This document shows, piece after piece, positions 49,601-64,000 of a DNA stretch of 64,000 nucleotides. Both the position numbers and the translations under genes were made by a program. The stretch's first letter is position 1. Every line of letters begins with the position of its first letter. The notes below the pieces were generated by a model. That model made no database searches and was not told the DNA's origin. It saw only the letters and a program-made list of their open reading frames with translations. The stretch lies in the NCBI GenBank assembly GCA_964035545.1, contig OZ037768.1, forward strand, positions 18,149,700 to 18,213,699. Reading direction: 5' to 3'. The DNA comes from Bugula neritina. Taxonomy: Eukaryota; Animalia; Bryozoa.

Positions 49601-52600
49601 GTTATATAATCCTTTTATAATAACTTTTTTAAAATGCATATTTTTCACATGAACTGTTAAAATTTGTTTTTCAATGAGATGTTTCAAAGCATTTATAATA
49701 ATGTAGTAAAACTGGAGGTTACTGAACCTTAGTTATGCAATGAAAAACATCATTGGCTGGATTCACCTCTCCCTTCCCACTAACAATTCTGCCTATTTTT
49801 AGAAATTTATATTTGTTAGTTTTCATTAATAGAACCACTAAAGCAAGTAATCATAGTAACTACTAAATTGGTGATTATCGGCTACTATTTATTGTATTAG
49901 GAAAACTTACTATCTAGTCTCTGCTATTGAGGCTCATTCTGCAGCTATAATTACTCTGTGCAGATGGCTGTATGAGACCATTCCATGTGCTCAAATGGCC
50001 GTTTCATTTCAGCCTGCTGCTTTACTCTCGGCAGCATAAGTTCAAGTGTGGTACTAGCAGATTCAAACTTTTACAAAAAGCAAAATTTTTTCTACTCTGT
50101 TATTATATTTGATTGTTTTTTATTGTAAAAATTGTCAATTCATGTGTCAAATTCCATCAGTTAGAAGGAAGTTCATATTCTTGCGTTACAGACTGACAGT
50201 AACAACAGAAGTAGATGACGACGTTTTTACAGTCTGCACGATTCAAGAAACTACTAAGTTTCTTATCTCCGGAGTCAAAGACCCTCTCACTGATGAAGTC
50301 ATATCCTTAGATCAGGCCCTGGCAAAGAAAATTGTAGACCAGGAAAAAGGAGTTTACTGGTAATTGTCTACACTTTTACTTTAGTATCTGAATTTTCAAG
50401 TTTAATTTGCTGTCAGGTTAGTGTAAACCCTCATTCACACTTACCGTAACGTACGCTGTAACAGCAAATATCAGCCAATTTTACAAATGTCTGAGCTTCC
50501 TGTACGGTGTTGGGGTACGGTAGGATCAAGCACTGCTACTGGACAGAAAAACTTTTGCGTTAACTCATTGGAGATAATTGTCAAATGAAGTGTCATAGAT
50601 CGTACCTAATAGCAGACTTTGAAAACTTCAGCCTGGACACATTAAAAATGACTGATATTTTACGTTACGACATACGTTACGGTAAATGTGAATGAGGGGT
50701 AAAGCTGAGGTCCTGCATGCTAATGATATGGGTGCTGCATGACTTCTACTATATTTAGAGGCTATATTATTATAGTACTAATTTGAAAGTGTTAGAGGTT
50801 GGGAAGAATAATTAACGAAATGACACCCTAATCTATTTATTCAATTTAGACCACTTTATAGTGTTCTATGTCTAATGTCAATTATTGTTATTTACAACCA
50901 GAGTGTACATATATAATTCTTATAATTTATTCTTCTGTGATAGCTGGCATGTGATAGGCTTGATTTCCTGCTGAATAAAGTAGATGCGCACGTGTAACTA
51001 TCAGATATGTTGCATTCAGTTTGAGTGAAGAGGATTGTGGTGTGCCCATCAATGAGGCTGTGCAGAAGGGTCTGATCATAGTGCAGGAGGCATGCACCAG
51101 TAAGGACTTTGAACAGCTGGAGTCTCAGAGAGTCAAGTCCAGAATCCCCTCTGTAGAGTTGAGCAGTGAGACGCGAGTTCCTCAGGCTACATACACAGTC
51201 ACAGGTGAGGGAGATAACTACTGAGTAATCTAGTTTACTTGTTGGTATCTCAGATTAATAAGTTTACTAAAGTAATTAGCTGTGGTTTGAGCTGTTTAGT
51301 GTAATAATGACTAAGGAGTACCCTACAGATGCAGAGGTGAGATGAGAGGGTCAGAATTTGATGCAGTAGCTGTTGATAAATTGCATTCATTATTAACTTA
51401 GTCACTCTTATTATACGGTAGTTTATTACTTCATATTACCGCTGGAAGTCTGATATAATCGGTACACCATTCTTCAGTGGTAGTTGTTTTTCAACTTCTG
51501 GTTGTTCCAAATCTAGTAATTGAGAGATCATTGCTGATAAGTTGGTTAACTGTCTGGATTTGGTTCAGTTGGGTTTAGATGCCAGAAGAGGTGATAGCCT
51601 TGGTTCTACAAGAGTTTGGTTGAAAAAATGTCATTTCTATACAAGCACCCAGGGTTTTTAAAATACTTTCATTTGTTTTATTTGCCAAGACTTTCTAAAA
51701 GATGTGTACTGGGTATACTAGTTGTGATGCAGCATAAAGTGAATACATTTTGCATACAAACCCACAAATTGTGGAAGCCGAATCTCCACATAAACCAGCA
51801 GTTTTATGACTACCACAGCTTAATAAGTACATACTCATTCACATGCTGAAGTGTGCAGCCTGCTGCACCGGTTAGCCAATAGGATACAAGATAACATTTC
51901 AAGGGTCATCAACATATTTTGATTTCTAGACATGTTATTGAATTAGAGAAGGCACAAACAGCTGTCACAAGTTAATTCTGTCCATATACCATGTATCTTG
52001 CACTGCTGTGGTGAGTCTATTTGGTGAAGACTTAGGCTAGTTTACTGACAGTCAGTATGCACAATTCTAGCCTGTGTTCCAACAGTTTTTGAGTTGTTAG
52101 GATTGCCAACTGTAAACATGGTGAGTGTAAAGAGTGGAAGGAAATCTTAATAGATTAACATTAGCGTTTAATTGGCTGCAATTGAGTGAGCTGTCCTAAT
52201 GATGTTCCTTGCGTAGAGCTTTGGCTTCTAGTGATTGTGTTGATAAGGGCTAGTTGAGTAGTGCCACCCCTACATCTAGTAATGTCTTGTTAGAAGCTGG
52301 CACTATATCTTACTCAGTGTGAGTATCTGTGACATCACAACACAGCATTTTTATTCACTGGAATTATGAAAAATTGTTCTAGAAACTGCTTCAGTACTGT
52401 TTTGTGAATTTGACTGTTGCTAACATCTCAAAAAGGTAACAAATTTACTTTTAGTATTACTTACTCTGATCAACAGCTTTTGGTTATACTTGGAAATGTG
52501 TTTATTGTAAGGCAGTCTTGAGCTGTATTATTAGTACACTAGAATGCTCACTTTCAAGCTACTAGGATGGATTTTTTATTAATGTTTGGAAACCACAACC

Positions 52601-55600
52601 AAAAGTTCATGCAAACTGCAACACAAATTAATCCTTACAGCATGGAAACACAGTGTCTGGCAGTTATATGGAGTACAAGTGCACTGTATAAAGTATAGAC
52701 TATAGAGTATACTAGATTCATGCTAGGGTTGCAGTAGTGATGTATCAAAGTGTACTAGACAACATGTATATAATCTGCTGGTGTTGTTATAAGTCTGGCA
52801 TTACAATAGATGAGGTTAAAAGGTTGCATAGTTAGTTTGGTTTAGTGTTGGATACGATCAAAGAACAATCTTTGGTCAACTAGTTACAGAGTTGGCATCA
52901 TTTACGTGCTAGGGAAGGCTTGGAGCTATTGTAACATTGAAATTAGAGTTTTAGTTCAATGTGTTATAATATTCTCTTTGGTAAAAAGTATGTTGCTTGG
53001 AAGTGGTATAAGACTCAAGTTGATGAAGTAGTGTCAGAGAGGTGCTTATGGTGGTGGTAGTATAGGAAAGGTAAGGACATACATGACTCATTGTCATGGA
53101 ATGCTGTTTACTACTGCCAGGACTTTATTGATCTTCAGATGCTGCCTTCCTATTTTATGTAAGCTGATAGTCAGCTGCTATGACTGGAAGTAAATTGTAT
53201 TAGTTGTTGACAATGGTTAGCTGTTATTGGTCACTGGTAGGATATTTATATTACAGACCAGTTATAATTTGTTTATTGACTTATTCTATAAGAAATGTGT
53301 GCTAATTTATTTGATTGTATTATAATGATATAAACGTACAGGTGAGAGTGTTATCAAACCATGTAAGACATATGAATACTTGAGTTGGTTATGTGTTTAA
53401 GTACTATAGATATAAGTGTGTTAGAGGTAAGTGTATTAGATGTAAGTAAATTAGATGTAAGTATATTCAACTTTTCAGTACTAGCAGTCTAACATGCACA
53501 ACAATGTAAAGGAGATAAGTGTAAGTAATAGCAGTAATAGCGGTAAGTATAACCGTGGAAATGTTGTAAGTAGAGTCGCTGTATACGATTAGTACTGTTG
53601 ATGTATAATATACAAGTTCGTTCATATTCATCCATTTATTCTAGTCTAACCAGTCTAGGGCTATTCTAGGGCTACCACTATGATGTATAACAGCTGCATG
53701 TAACATCTAATGACATCATAAACTGAAGGTTAATTAACATCTAGGAAAGAAAAAAGTGCTTATTTATGTAATAAATTATAGTTAGTCATAGGCTGAGCTG
53801 GCTGGTAACTGTGATTGTGAATCAGCAGTAGTAGGTATTATGTTCTACTATTTTCAAAGATGTTCACTGCACAAACCTGGTGTTTATTTATAAATCTTGT
53901 GTTCTTTCAGGTATTATGGACACCAAGACTGGAAATATTTTGACCGTGTCACAAGCTGTGAGACGAGGAGTTATCAGTCCGAATGATTCTAGCTTCGTTT
54001 CTACCTTTGATGGCAAGACACTAACCTTCCAGGAGGCGTTAGAAGAGGGCTATATAATATCTGAGAAACTGAATGAAGATGTACATATAAATGGCGATAC
54101 AACAGCTGTGGATGCCATTGAAGCATCCGGTGGACCGAGTGACTACGAGGTTGACAATGTCCTTGACCCCCGGACTAAGTACCGAGTTAGCTTACCGTAT
54201 GCTGTGAGCAGAGGCATCGTAGACCCTAGCAAGTCTGAATATAGAAACCCTGACACTGGGGAATACATGAGTTTGACAGATGCTGTGAATAAGCAAGTGG
54301 TGAAGGCGGCTAAAGTGACCCCTGGCACCTCCGTCAAAGCTCTCATCAACCTCCTGCAGCTCCATGATGCCGGTGCCACTCCTGTAAGGTATGTGTTTCC
54401 ACACGCCAAGGAGGACCCTAGCGTGAGTTCTTACAGAGCATTGTCTCGTCACATGGACAGCAGTGTGAAGTCCGTGGTGAACCATTCTGGGGAACCTGTG
54501 TCTATACGGGAGGCCTACCAGTCCGGACTTATCAAATTTGACTCACTCAGCTATGTCAACGCTGATGGATCTCTGATCAGCCTGGAGAAAGCCGTACAGT
54601 GTGGTCTGCTCACTATGCCTGCCATGCAATGTATTCTGGGAGCGTGTAAGAAGCTTTCACTACAAAGTCATATTGATTCTGGCAGGATCAGCCCAAATGG
54701 TGCCTCCGTGATTTCCAATAACTCATCAATACCAATCGATGATGCCATCAGAAATCGAAAGCTGGACCCGTACTCTGTTTTTATTCGTGATAAAGCCTCT
54801 AATCAAATAATTTCTCTTGGATATGCTATTGATGAAGGGATTATAGCTCCTGAGGATGGACAAACTTTACAGAAATGTCTCAACTCAGGCAATATTGTTG
54901 CTGGCATCATTCCATCTAATGAGCTCAAAGTTGCTTATGTTATTGAGAAGTTAGCTTCGGACAATAAAGATATTAAAATAACACATCCTGACACAAAGGA
55001 AGTGATGTCACTGAGAGAGGCTGTGCTCTCGGGGATATATGATGCACAAAGAGCGGAAGTGGTAGATCCTTCTGATAATCATCGCATCTCTTTGGTAGAA
55101 GCCGCTGAAGAAGGACTTATTTCAAAGCAAGATGCCAAGGCCCTGTTCAACGCCATGGATAAAATGTCTCTTCAAAATGCTATGGATAACAACATGGTTA
55201 ACGGAGAATGGTGTAACCCTGACACTAAGACCAACATTTCCCTGCAGGAGGCAATTGATGAGGGATATGTTATTCCTGAAACCGTCTTCTTTGTAGACAA
55301 AGGGACTGGTAGAATTGGAACACTCGCCACTGGTATTAAAGAAGGCAAGTTTATGTACCAGCTACACTTTAATTCAGAAACAGAGAGCTGCCAGGCCTAT
55401 TTTTTAGTGACTTGATGAAGATTAGAATATTAATAAATTGAGTGTTTGTGGAACCTTTAAAATTTTACAGTCTTAATTAGCAGTTCCGGATTACTATTTG
55501 CTGTCGAATAGAATTTGCGATTTCTGAGCTCTGAATAACTGAATAAGTTGACACTATGGCATATGTTGTAGGCAAGCTAGACAGTCTAGAGAGCTCATTG

Positions 55601-58600
55601 GTGAGCAGTTCGGACTCTGGATTGGATGGAATGGATAATGGTCCAGCACCTAACAGCCTCGCCAATGGTACTCTCCCAGTTAGTGAAGCAGTTGCTAAGC
55701 AACTTATCAACCCGGAAGTAAAGTCATGGAAGTTTCTGGAAGAGGAAGCGCCATTGTTAGATTTTATAAATGTTGGGGCTGTGAATGATAAGACTGAGCT
55801 GTTGATTGATGCGGATGTCAAAGTATCGGTTAGTTTATACAAAGTAATTTAACAGTTGTTTGGGCGATTGATTTTGGAATTGCTTTCTCTTTTACTAGCT
55901 TTTAGGCGTACGTTGTTTAACAGCAAAGATTAATCACCTTTTTATTTATATATTTATAAAAAACAAAATAATTCTTGCATAATTTCTTATTATTGATTTG
56001 TTGTTTTCATTATTCAGTTATTTATTTGTATCACAGCCAAAATTATTACAAACATGTCATTTTACACTGAAATATTAAGTCGGTTGATGAAAGTACTGAC
56101 CGTGTGTAAGTATTAACTCTGTGTAGTACTGACTATGTAATACTGACTGTATAATACCGTGTAGGTAAAAGACGCTCTGAGTAATAAACTGGTTGGATAT
56201 CAAACCCCTGTCACAATCAACCCTGAGACTGGAGCCATCTGCCTGGCCGACTCCCAGAGCGATATTCTCCTGCCCCTGGTGAAAATACCGGAAGTTATTG
56301 ACTGGCTGTCAGATGTCGAGCTTAAGATGGCCAAAGAGGCCAAGCCTCAGGAAACTCTGGAAGGATTGGTGGACCAAATCAACGGACTGCAGGTGTGTTG
56401 TGTAATGAGAAATACTCTTCAAGTTGTTGGCAGTGGTCGTTTTAAAATGGATTTATTAGTATAATTTAGATTCGAAGTATTGATTGAGATTTTAAACATT
56501 AATGTTTTAAAAACTCAAGTATAGTGCTTTAGTATATTTACATGGTGAAGCTAACTTCTTCTACTTATGGTTCATGTTTTGACACTGATCTGTGTATCTT
56601 CTAGTCTCTACAGCAACAAGTAGCTGATAAAAAGAATGAAATAGACACACTGGTGTGTGAGGCTCAGGAACTGCTGGAGTCAAGGCCAGGGGGAGACAAA
56701 TCAGAACTGCAGCAACAACAGTATCAACAGTTAAAAATAGCATCCTCCGATCTAAAGGCTACGTGTGAAAAGGTAGGATTTTATTAGAAGTTGTTTTACC
56801 TTGGTCACAAGTAATAAGAGCAGGGCATCTCACTATACAAACAAACTATGCAACGTTTGTTGGTTAAGATATTTCCAATTAATGAGAAATTATCATGAAA
56901 CTTTGAAACTTGTTTTTTTCTTGTAGTACTTTAACTGAAAATATACCTTGGCAGCTAGTTATTTTCTGTTGCTGCTGCTTTTTTTACTAAAAGTGAAGTT
57001 TATGTCAGAAAGTTGGTTTGACAAGCAGTTTAGGGTCAGAAGAGTTGCACAAAAGCATGTTTTTATTAAATATCAATATTTTGGCAAAGTGTGGTACTAT
57101 TTTTAAAAAAATCTATCAGTAAACTTATTTAATTTAGTTTTTATTTAAAAATAGTTGAATAATAGTGTTTGTCAAGTGCAATTTAAAGTTAGTACAGCTT
57201 AAGGTCATTATAGTCTCTGAAAATGTTTGATAACATTAGCTGACTTTAATATGCGTGTTATAAATATATGACACGTTTTCTTCAAAAAGATTGGACAACT
57301 CTTATTCATCTATTACAACCAGTTCTCTGTCAACAGTCACTGTCAAAGTCTAGACATGATGGGGCAGTATTAATATATTATATAAGGAAAGACAACCTAC
57401 TTAATTATTCTTTTTAGGTAAACAAACAGAACAAAGCTCAACTGAAAAGGCTGCAGACAATGCGAGGATTTTTGGAGGAATACAAGGACAAACATGACAG
57501 TTTTGGTGAGTGGATCTCAAACGCAGAGAGCAAGATCCAGACAGCAGGAAACATCGTTACTGACTTAGAGCACCTGCAAGAGCATGCCGAAGCTTTGGAG
57601 GTGAGACATCTAGTGGTAATACGTTTAGTAGTGGTAATATATCTAGTGATTGTAATATATCTAGTGATGGTAATATATCTAGTGATGGTAATATATCTAG
57701 TGGTGGTAATAGCATTTAGTAGTGGTGTGCCTATGGCAGTAATATGTGAGTGAGAGCTATGAAGTAGGTTACGGGTGTGCTGGGCTGTGCTGTGTGGTTC
57801 AACTAAAGTTATACCTTCCAAAGCAATTGATTCTCAAGAAAGCTGTGATGGGTCAGGGAACTGGTAATAATTTTGAACAGCTGGTTGTATTGTTAGGTAA
57901 CTTATTAATTCTAATTGATGAGCTGCGTTTGTGAGATGAAGGCTTGTGTTTTACTTGTAAATATTTTAATTTGAAGAGTTATGTTCTGATGTACTAATTA
58001 TTAACACAAATTTAGAAATTGGAAGCTGAAACACTAGCAAACCAGTCGGCTTCTAGCCCTGGTAATAAGCAGGAGCAGGTAAATTTCAACATAATAAAAA
58101 TCTTATTTTCCTTTCAACAATGATATTAATGTCGCCATTTTGTGATTTGGCAGCGGTTGTGGGTATATTGGAATAATTTTTTTCTTAACCAGTTTATTTC
58201 CTGAAGCGTAATGGAATGCATTACAAGTAGTAGAATTTGTCTATGTGGCTCATTTTTTATTTTAATGTCATCAATATCTTGGAAATTTAAATTCGGCTCG
58301 TAAACTTTTTAATCCCTTAGAAATATTTATTCCTTTTAGAAAATTTGATTGATCTGATTACATTTTAATTATCCAAGTATTTCCTTACCATTGCAGCTAC
58401 TGCGATTGCAGCCACCTTTTTTATTATCGTATTTATAATGCTTTTGTAATTTCACTTGACTGTCACCAATTTATGAATTGTCTACTCATGCTTGTAGGTT
58501 TCAGAATAATTTGTGCACGCTCTAATCATGCACGTGCACACAGGAATACTTATCTGCTGCATCTCTAACATTAGCCGTTGTAGTCTATCCTCCTAGAATT

Positions 58601-61600
58601 GTTTTATAAGCAGCTCCGAGTTGGGGGTGACTGAGTGCAGTAGTTTGAGGTTCTTGAGTTTGGATTACTGGGACCTCAAAGCTCCAACCCCAACCCCAAA
58701 CCTCAAACTATTGCACTCAGCCACCCCTAACTCGGAGCTGTTTATAGAACAATCCATACTCCTATTGCTACTTAATATTTATAGCCATCGTAGCCATATA
58801 GACACAAATGCTCATCCATCACCTTGTGACGTTGTCATCTAGCATCTGAATATCTTCACATATTCATCAGCTGATGGTGAAGAGTAGTTGTTAGACAATG
58901 CTGTATAATTTGTGCTGGATATTTGCAGCAACTCCAAGAGGAGATAACCCAACAAGATCAGAAAGTGCTGGGCATGCAGACGACATGCTTCAAGTTCCTT
59001 GCCGAGGCTAATGTAAGTTGACAACAGTCATCATGCAATTGTAAAATCCTGATTTCTAGGCATTAATCAGTATATTAATAAAGAATTCCATAGACCACCA
59101 GCTAAATACTGCATATTGAGAAGTTTGAAAATATTGGTGTCCAATTCAGTCTTAAATATAAAAGCTATATTTATTATAATTCCCTTTATAAATATATTTT
59201 AAGGAATACGAGAAGTCATTGGATGCTTACCGGGAGACGATTCACAAGCCCCTACCTAAGGAAAGCATTCACCTGCCAGAACCTCAACTACAAACCACTA
59301 CCGATATTGTCGGGGAACAGTACCGACAGCTCAAAGCAGCTAACACCACCTTCAAGGAAGAGGTATTTTACTGTTAACCTAAACTTATTAATTGTAATTA
59401 TCATTAGACTAGGAAATTTGAACATTTGTATTTGATATTCATTTATTTCAGCTGTGGCATAGTTTTTATTATTTGCTTTTTAAAGATGTCTGATTAGACC
59501 AAAGTTGTTTTTTTCAGGAAATGAGAAACATTTTCATCTTTTATTTTTAAATTTGTTGTCTTTGTTGCATCTTGTAGTGTTTCTACTGAGTAAACATCTA
59601 CCATAGATGATGTACATAGCAGCATTGGTTTAGGTTAGCAAGTGACTGCTGTTACGCTACATACCTTAATATAAACATGTCACCCTGTTCATCACCATTA
59701 GGTGGAAGAAACCATACAAAAGGCTCAGACATACAAAGAACTGGATACTCAACTAGTTGATTGGCTAGCCGTTACCAAGGAACGAGTGGATGAAGTAACA
59801 AGCCTACCAGTTGACTTGACTTCTGCTGATTCTATCAAACATGTCAATGATGAACTCAACCACCTAGCAGCAGACATCGAAACAAACAGACCCACCATAA
59901 ACAAACTGAAAGGTAGTTTAACACCAGTTATTCATAAATGCATGGATAATAAATTGTTCTGGTTTCATTATGTCTATCTTTTACTGCCATCATTGACTAG
60001 TCGGGAGTTGCTTCCACATGTTTAGTACATTATCCACTCAGTAATGGCATTATGATAATAGTAAAATATTATTTAATAGCAGGCTAGCTCTGCTGGTGAT
60101 TAGGCATAGCTTCAATACCAAGTAATCATTGTATGCAATTAGTGTAAAGTCAATAATTTTTAATACAAATACTCTTGCTGATTGAACAGATGCAGCCGAC
60201 AGTCTAGCCGCTGTCTACCGAGACGCTGACCAACCGGAGAAAGCTACAGAAGTCCTCCAGAAGGTGGAAGAAACTTCTGAGTCGGTGAATGATTTACAGA
60301 GTAGAGTTGCTAATTCTCAGCAAAGTCTCAATAACAAGTTTGTTCAGTCACAGGTTCGTTAATAAGATGCTGTGATGGTGTTGTCACATTTTAAGTGACA
60401 TGTGATAGGTTAGAATGTGACACAGACTTGTATATGTTTATATCTATGTGCGCGATGTCACGGTCATATCATTTGAGTTGTCATAACAATGTGTGTGGTG
60501 TCACAGTCGTATATTTGTATAATGTCATAGCTATGTGTGTGGTGTCACACTCATGTGTAAGTTGTCTCAGTAACATGTTCGTGGTGTCATTTGGTACAGT
60601 ATGGTACTTGCTACAATGAGAAAATGCCTTCAATTTTCTCTAAGATGTAGGTTTTTTTCTATAAATTATTAGTTAACAATCTAGAAAGTTTGACTAATAG
60701 ATTCATGAATAGTGTTACTTTATGTAGAATACATGTTGAGCACAGTCAAAGCTGCTAAAAGTATACAACAAATTTCAGCCAGCAACTATTGTAAAATTAA
60801 ATAACTTATTTTCGCATATGATATAAACTAGTTTTTAATAACCTATTTTTATATTTGTAATCAGCTTGTATTGAGTATGTACAAGCTGTTAGTCACATCT
60901 ATAGTTTGACAGAAAATACATGTTAACTTGTAATAAAAGATATTCCTTCGAATAAGTAATTTAAAATTTAATAATAATATTCTATATTTCACAAGAAAAG
61001 TTCTATTCCGATATTTGGTTTTGTTAGAATGATATAATAAAATATAATTTTTAACTTTTGTAATCTTCTGTCATGGTCCATTCTAGACTATTAAATTACT
61101 GCCATTTGATAGGAAATCCTGCAATGAACTATGAAGTGCACAATAAATACTACAGTACATTACACAGTATACAGTATTATATATTATATTTCCTCCTGTA
61201 ATTTACATGTATATTGCTAACCCACTGTATTATATATACAGATGTATAATATGCAGGATCTGTTAGTATTTTGCTACACACTGCCCTATAATATTTCAAA
61301 GTGTCATGTTTACTAACTCAAAGATATAGAAGAATAAATGCCAGCAGCAATAATAATTAAAAGTTTAAATCCTCCAACAAACTACTGTAGTAAATACTAA
61401 TTATAAAGTTAGTATTATTGATTATACTGTATAACATCAGTATTAGGCCCCTGAGACTTATGTACAGTGCATTATGGTTCATACCAGTAACTATTATATA
61501 GGTTTTCTTTTGCAATCTTAAATACTATTTGAATTATTGTATAGCAATTGTAGTATATTATGTTAGACTTTAGTGATGGTCGGTCATGGATATTGACGAT

Positions 61601-63231
61601 GAAGTATCGAGTGTAAATATGTTTTGTGCAAGTTGTTTTATGCTATCTTTAGTTGAAATATGTAAGTAACTGGAATACACAAGTAGATTAAGGCACAGGG
61701 CAATCGTGAAGGAAAGAGTCATGTTTTATAGAAGTTTTTACTCTTTCTAGCAGTTTAAATGGCTGGATGTAGCAGTTCTAAAAACTGACTGGGAATATTT
61801 TGATTTAAGAAGCCTGTTGTACACCTGGGGTTCCTTTTCGTTGACTGTCATCACACAAGTATTGTGATAGATTTTATTGTGTTGTAGGATTTTAATGAGA
61901 GTCTCAAAGGTCTGCTAGAGTTTGTAGAATCTGCTGAGGCCGAGACAGCAGGTGACATCAAAGTCAGCGTTGACTTGAATAAGCTGAATGAGCAGCTGTT
62001 GGCCCACAACAAACTAGAGGCTAGCGTAAAGTGAGTGACTTTCTAGCTCTTGATGCATGCTGGGATAGCCTAGTCATGCATGAAATAGTTACAAAGAGCT
62101 CTATAGTTTAGTAGATGTTCTGCTGACATGAATATTCATATTATATTGAATAGGAGTTACTTGTATGGTTTAATCCTGACTATTAGTATTATGCTGTCTG
62201 GTTGAATATAATGAACTAGTAACACCACTAAGAGCTTTAAATCTGCAACTATTTACATACATAAAATAACCAAATCTAGTATTGAGCAATTACATCATCT
62301 AAATCTTTCGGATCTAACACGACCCAATTGGATCTATCTAACTCTTTAGTTCTGACTCTATGTATTGGAATATTTATCTTATGCTTTAGATCTAGTACTA
62401 TGCAACTGGAGTCATTAGATAAGGAATCGTCAGATCCTGCACTCATTGATTTAAAAGCAAGATTAGCCCTGCTGACAGGAACCCTGGAGAAAAGGGGAGC
62501 AAAACTCGACAGTATGATCGGCAAAGTTTCGAATTTAACTGAAAATGTTAAAAGTTTGGAGTCATGGATTGTGACAGTTGTTCAGAACTTGCAAGGTAAG
62601 TTTACCGGGTAGAAAGGTCACTAGTATGTGGAACAAAGGAGTTGTCAGGTCATGGGGGGATATTCTTCTATGTGTGAAGTAGAGTAAAAGTTGACTACTT
62701 GTTCTGTTTCTGTGATAGTCTACTACTATTGGTCACTTACATGTGGACATTACAAATAGACTGTCTGCTAGCTAATAGGCAATCAGATGATTTTTATTAT
62801 GTAATTTTCCTTTTGTATACCTCATGAAATTGATCGCTTTTAATTTTGTAAAATGTCCGTTTATAATGAATATAGACAAATGAATAATTTAAAGGAAGTT
62901 TCATAGCTTATTTTTCCTTGTTTTTAGCGACACAAATCTTGCTACAGACACCAAAGAGCTGATGTTTGCATGCAATGTTGTATCAGAGTGTTTCTCCTTC
63001 GCAGGTAAAGCAGCAACGACTGATCCTGTCTCCATCAAGTCACATTTCGAGGAGTTGTATGCCCAGAAAAAGGAGAAGCAGCCCGACCTGGAGACCATCA
63101 AAGGTATGATCAGCAGTCTCCTTTCCGATCCTGAAGCCTGCGACAAGAACCACATTCGGGACATGCAGTCTGACGTTTGCTCCAAATGGCATGACTTCAC
63201 CGAGCTTCTCATAGACCTCATCATCATGCAG
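34671..63231 (+). CDS. plakin/spectraplakin-like (dystonin/MACF1/Shot-related) giant protein, 3' end beyond the window
   Basis: Exons include 34671-34706 (CCACCATGG, in-frame TAG upstream), 35015-35104, 36549-36620, 37586-37702, 39467-39562 (HNWEWLTALSNCLPIHLRHASNY plakin motif), 40181-40294, 41780-41926, 42421-42483, 42795-42886 (SH3), 43486-43594, 44228-44390, 48715-48852, 50192-50359, 51020-51204, 53911-55344 (plectin/plakin repeats), 55572-55828, 56165-56392, 56605-56772, 57418-57600, 58016-58078, 59204-59362, 59702-59912, 60190-60353, 61888-62030, 62390-62595, 63005-63231 (spectrin repeats: IDWLSDVE, FGEWISNAE, LESWI). Exon phases at 44600-45830 are not fully resolved. Confidence 0.88.
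39182..39340. mobile_element. small MITE (family shared with 48458-48599)
   Basis: TAGGAACAGTAGTGGAGAAATTGAGATAGCCTAAGTTC is the near-exact reverse complement of 48562-48599. Confidence 0.65.
40659..40930. mobile_element. Tc1/mariner(pogo)-type MITE
   Basis: TA|CAGTGCTTCCTCCGTATCTC...GAGATATAGAGGGAGCACTG|TA. Related fragment at about 37120-37242. Confidence 0.8.
48458..48599. mobile_element. small MITE
   Basis: Imperfect TIR TAGGTGCAGTAATGGAGCAATTGAGA / TCTCAATTTCTCCACTACTGCTCCTA. Confidence 0.7.
50427..50699. mobile_element. PIF/Harbinger-type MITE
   Basis: TIR CCCTCATTCACACTTACCGTAACGTA / TACGTTACGGTAAATGTGAATGAGGG; TAA on both flanks. Confidence 0.82.
57608..57726. repeat. 18-bp intronic minisatellite (ATCTAGTGATGGTAATAT, about 6 copies)
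   Basis: Direct tandem units just after the donor at 57600. Confidence 0.85.
58598..58753. mobile_element. hairpin MITE (~55-bp arms)
   Basis: ATTGTTTTATAAGCAGCTCCGAGTTGGGGGTGACTGAGTGCAGTAGTTTGAGGTT pairs with AACCTCAAACTATTGCACTCAGCCACCCCTAACTCGGAGCTGTTTATAGAACAAT. Confidence 0.8.
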
Positions 63232-64000
63232 GTAATGTTCTCACACCTTACTGCTAGCTGCTTGCATTCAATTAAGACTAAAAACTGATGAATATAATGA
63301 CTAGCTATTTGGAAATTATTTTCCGAAAGAAGGAACCAAATGAAGTTCCTTAACCTGACTTTTATAAAAACTTTTGTATAAAAGCTTTTTCTAAATCTCT
63401 TATGATTTTTGTTTAGAGACTGTTCAGAGTCTAGACTTTAGATTTTGACAAGGTTTAATAAAACTTATAAATGTGATGAAGTTTTCAAATCTTTGAAAAT
63501 AGTGGACAACTCGTGAAGCTTTATGGCACATCACCTGTATAACATTTTATTGATTATTTACATGATTTAGCTGGCATCTAATCAATATGTTACATAACCA
63601 GCTAATTTATCTCAGAGATATTTTCATCAACTATAATTCTCTCGGAGATTCTATTGACACCTCAACTTGAATTATCTTTAGTGTTGGAGTTGTAAAGACT
63701 TGAGATTTTCTGAAATGAACTTCTAATATGCTTTCATATTTTAAAGCATCAAATGCAACAAAAGCATCTGATGCTTAATAATTCTTAACAGATACAGTTG
63801 TAATTAGCGTAATCTGGTTCATAGTGCAAGCCTACAGACAAGAGTACTGTTAAACTGAACTGTACTTCCAGATACGGCTCTACAACACATAATGTGTAAT
63901 GCAATAGTTACTCTGTTTCTGCTTAGTGTTTAGTGTATAGCCTATCACCCATCAGCTCTAGTCTAACTTTATCAGCAAGTATTTTCATCTAATTTATTAT

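Noticed and set aside
57438-57821. 127-aa minus-strand ORF with TITRYI repeats
   Set aside because: Antisense of a plakin exon plus the 18-bp minisatellite.

Overview
AT-rich, intron-rich animal (invertebrate-type) nuclear DNA. Host genes: the 3' part of MINDY3 (+, 277-2324), WDR73 (-, 2948-6133), a RING/B-box/B-box/coiled-coil/beta-propeller TRIM gene (+, 19907-25016), and the 5' part of a large plakin/spectraplakin-like gene (+, from about 34671, running off the window). The main feature is a young full-length Ty3/Gypsy LTR retrotransposon (-, 7060-15014) with near-identical LTRs, a CTAT target-site duplication (TSD), a tRNA-Leu primer-binding site and a TTTAAAC -1 frameshift signal. In the env position it carries a non-env accessory ORF region: an acidic segment, two C2H2 zinc fingers and a coiled coil with an RhxxhE trimer motif. 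Its LTRs contain a dense nested CCGA/TCGG palindrome array and a hairpin next to the TATA box; both are echoed in two diverged solo LTRs (16399-16953, 26713-27205). This suggests, as inference only, a self-encoded regulator acting on cognate LTR sites. Also present: a solo LTR flanked by a 52/54-bp duplication, a ~4-kb tandem duplication whose second copy is split by a ~10-kb segment carrying the TRIM gene, a hAT-like foldback element nested in another repeat, and several MITEs. Exon coordinates were read by eye from GT/AG signals and reading-frame continuity.
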